DNA of 64,000 bases from contig NIVC01001281.1 in assembly GCA_002269645.1 (NCBI GenBank), forward strand, positions 1 through 64,000, given 5' to 3'. Under the pieces are notes generated by a model. It was not told the DNA's origin, ran no database searches, and worked only from the letters and a program-made list of their open reading frames with translations. Position numbers and translations under genes: made by a program. This document shows, piece by piece, positions 60,600 to 64,000 of this stretch. This DNA comes from Macrostomum lignano (lineage: Eukaryota). Positions within the stretch are counted from its first letter, which is position 1. Each line of letters starts with the position of its first letter.

Positions 60600-61860
60600 T
60601 TTAAAAAGAGAAGAGAGTGAGAAAGGGAATAAAGAGAAAAGATAGATGATAATAGGAGAGATGAGGGGGTGAGGACAATGAGAGGGGAGGAGAGAGTAGA
60701 GAAGAGCAAGTAGAGAAGAGAGAGATAAGAGTAGAAATGAGAAAGCAGAGAGCTGCAGATAAGAGGAAAGAAGAGACAAGAGAGATGAGAGGATAGAGGA
60801 AAGAAGTGAAGGGAGAGGTGAGAGAGTAAAGGGAAGAGAGAAGAGATAAGGTTATAGAGATGAGAGAGGAGTAAGGAAAGATAAGAAATGAGAAATGAGA
60901 GATTGAAGATGGGGGAGAGAGGAAAGTGGAGAGAGAGAGAAGACAGGGGAGACAAGAGAGGGAAAGAGTATAGAAGAAGAAGAGAAGAGAAGAAAGACAA
61001 AAGGAAAGTGAGGTCAAAAAAGGAAAAAAAGAGTACAGAAGAGAGAGGTGAGAGAACATATAGGACAGTAAAGATGACAGATGAAAGAGGGGGATGAGAG
61101 AGCAGAGACGAGAGTGAACAGACAAGAGACTCTCGGAGGAGACAAGGAGAGACTCAAGGAGAGACAAAGGGAGAGAGACGTGAGTGAGGAGAGAGAAGAG
61201 GGAAGAGAGTAGAAAGGAGAAGAGAGATAGGAGAGGAGAGATTAAAGAGAAAGACAGAAAGAGTGAGAAAGAGAAAGAGAGAAAGAAAAAGAGAGAGAGG
61301 GAGTAGGAGAGCAGAGAGAAATGAGAAGAGATAAGAGAGAAAAGATAAAAAAAGAAAGGAGAGATAAGAAAGCAAAGACGAGAGAGAAGAGAGGTGAGGG
61401 AAGAGATAAGAGGAGAGGAGAGGGAAAAGAAGAGAAGAGATGAGAGGAGAGATATAAAGCGAGGAAAGAGTTGAGATACCAGTAAGAGGGTACAGGAGAG
61501 AGGAGAAAAGAAGGAAGTGTTAAGAGAGGAGAGAGTGAGGAATGAGAAAAGGGGAGAGAGAAGAGAGAGTAGAGAGCAAAAAGAAATGAGAAGAGATAAA
61601 AGAGGAGAAAGGAGAGATAAGAGAGCAGATGTGAGAGAAGAGAGAAAATAGAGAGGAGAAGGAAGAGATGAGAGGAATGGAGTAAGAAAAGTAGAGAGAA
61701 AAGATGAGATAGGAGAGATAAAAGAGAAGAGAGATGAGGGAGGATACAAGAGAAGAGGGGGGGAAAGGAGAGAAGACGAGAAAAGAAAAAAGAGATGAGA
61801 AGATAGAGGAAAGATGAGGGACAAGAGAGAAGAGAGGAAACAGAAGAGAAGATAGAAGTT
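60600..61860. repeat. ~1.25-kb polypurine (GA-rich) low-complexity tract
   Basis: Direct reading. Confidence 0.93.
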
Positions 61861-62479
61861 TTAAAGTATCCAAGGGACATAAGAAGAGTCAGAGGCAAAG
61901 GCCAGAGTTTGCCAATACATGTTTTAATACCAATAGGCAATACCTCTCTCTGTCAGACAGACATTGCCCGACATTCTGCATAGCATCCCAGCCAACAATA
62001 TCATCAAATGTTTGCTTCAAATCCTAATTTTATACAAATGTACTCAGATTTCAGAATACATGCAAAAATACCATAGTTCTGGGGATTAGAATTCCCCAGG
62101 TTAAAAATCCGCAGGTTTCAACAGCTTGTATTTTATAAATACATTAGTAAACTTTTAATAGATAAAATTGGTATTCTCAAATAGGCCCAATATCAAAATT
62201 TTTATTTGGCTATGACTAATGCCTATGTAATTTACTTTTTCAACCAAAATGCAATTTATATATGAAATAAAACCTAAAGCAAAAATTAATATAATTGTAG
62301 ATAAATAGTAGCAATAACTGACAATTTTATTAAGGCCTTGCCTTGCCTAAATGCCTTGTTATCTAATTAGTATTATATCTATTTTAGGTCAACTTTTTAT
62401 GTGACTTACCTTGGCCACCTAGCTAAATCAGCTAGGTTGGCTAGGTGTTGAGGGCATATATAAGTATTATTTAAATGTA

Positions 62480-63260
62480 CTAGGCCTATTGTTGTATTGA
62501 TTCTCTTGAGAATTATCTTGCTAATTTTACCAAAACTATATTAAAGCTATTTGATCTTTCCTAGAAAAATACCATTGTTAATACTAAGTTATACTAAGAG
62601 GTGCAGGTGTTTACTATTAGCTATTTGCCTTATTCTATTCCACTAATGCCACCAAGTTGTTACAAAGCTCTAGCTTATTCTATTGTTACTATATTAGTTT
62701 AAACAACTTACTAAACTGAGTAGGCTATTGTTGGTAGAATCTATCACTCATAGTTTCAGTATCTAAGTGGCAAGAAATTGCATAACTACTAATTGTAAAT
62801 TTCAAAATGGCATTACCAATTATCAAGAGGTTCTTTGATTTTTTCATGGAATATAGTCTATCACTACTTAATACTAGATCATACCATCTTTACTTCTTGG
62901 AAGTTCTTTCCCTTGTTACCTGGCACTAAGCAATCTATCATCTTTATTCTGCAATATTATTTTACTCAATAAGTACTTTGGTTCACAGTTAGAATATTCC
63001 ACTTTCTACCTAAAGTGTTTTCAATTTGCAATAATTGCTACTTTATTTGGAAAACATTATTTTAAACTCCTCAATTTGTAGACATTGCTTCAATTAACTA
63101 AGAAAGTACTAAAGATTTTGAACTTGAATGTGCACTAGTAATTAATAAACTAGTAAACTCCAGGTTGAACCAAGTTAGTGAACATTTTGCTTCTTGCATT
63201 TGCTATATTTAAACTAATTAAAATAGTCTCCTATTAGATTGTGCATAGCCCAATTAGGTT
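62480..63260 (-). mobile_element. Highly degenerate LINE ORF2 relic
   Basis: Minus-strand remnants WFNLEF and SFGKISKIILKRIN (RT domain-1-like), interrupted by many stops. Confidence 0.35.
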
Positions 63261-63590
63261 TAACATTGGTAAACAAAGATTTGTATTAATAAGTTGTATG
63301 GTAAAACAATTTTTTATCATTTTTTATCAATAAAATAGTTGGCTATTTTATTTCTAAGGTTTAAGATGTCAAACACTCTCAGATGTCAAATTGAAAATCA
63401 GAATGCCTATTGGCATTAGTCTCAAAAATCAAATTAAATGGTGTTATACCAATGGATACTATAGTAGTGTTAAGATAAAGTAACAGGTAAGAACCACAAA
63501 TAATGCCAAATAAAATGTTGTAATGCCATACTGGCAAATTTACTTATAAAATATCTAAATAATCTATAAACCAATATTCCAGTAGTCGCA

Positions 63591-63974
63591 ATGGATACCG
63601 GACTTGAAAGCCACTCAGCTGCCATATTTGTGCAGAGTGCCGATGCCAATGGCAAAGAGCTGCTATTTGTTAAACTGACAGACGCTGCCCTGCGTGGCTT
63701 AGAAGAGGCAGCTAGGCATAGCCGCGGCCAGACAGGCTTTGTAAGCTTCGATGGTCCAGCTAACGAATTGCAACTGCCTGGCGGGTCCAGCTTTGCCTTG
63801 GCTATATCTGACGCTGTCCAGGGCTCAGATCAGCTGGACCTGGTGCAGCCAGCTGGGGCCCAGCCACACCAAAGTGGGCATCCAACTATTGGCAGGCTAG
63901 GCGCTGTGCTAAAGAAAGTCACTGTACAAGCTAAGGATGATGTCTATTCTAATACTAAAGAGAAGATTACTCAG
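63591..63974 (+). CDS. ELL: RNA polymerase II elongation factor ELL, first coding exon (gene continues beyond the window)
   Basis: 128 codons MDTGLESHSAAIFVQSADANGKELLFVKLTDAALRGLEE...LGAVLKKVTVQAKDDVYSNTKEKITQ|GTGAGT. Matches recalled ELL N-domain motifs FHVKLTDSALRAFE and LGSIQDKITVCATDDSY. Acceptor TTCCAG ends at 63582. Confidence 0.85.
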
Positions 63975-64000
63975 GTGAGTTCTTGGCCTGCTTTATGTTA

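Noticed and set aside
52572-61940. Leu/Ser/Phe-rich 'membrane protein' ORFs
   Set aside because: Translations of CT/GA low-complexity tracts

Overview
Eukaryotic (metazoan) genomic DNA in two compositionally distinct halves. Left half (1 to ~47,238): GC-rich spliced genes whose introns and spacers are filled with many different minisatellites. This architecture suggests a Macrostomum-like flatworm (inference only). Genes reconstructed by hand from splice sites and reading frame: FBXL13/DRC6 (+, 11 exons) with an SSUH2 homologue nested antisense in its intron 2; a 147-aa MGCNSSK-starting acidic disordered protein with three RFX X-box-like motifs (+, 4 exons, no recognised family); HNF4 (-, 7 exons); a GSE1/Plexus-like zinc-motif protein (-, 2 exons); and a possible orphan 2-exon gene (-). 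Right half (~47,239 to 64,000): AT-rich, CpG-poor and dense in DNA-transposon relics. It holds a self-nested TIR element and its composite derivative, a palindromic MITE family, two diverged 28S rRNA fragments altered at the R2/I-PpoI target core, a LINE relic, one orphan exon and the first coding exon of ELL, which the ORF track missed. Most long ORFs in the track are tandem-repeat artefacts. No CRISPR array and no functional rRNA or tRNA gene. All family calls come from recalled homology, not database searches.
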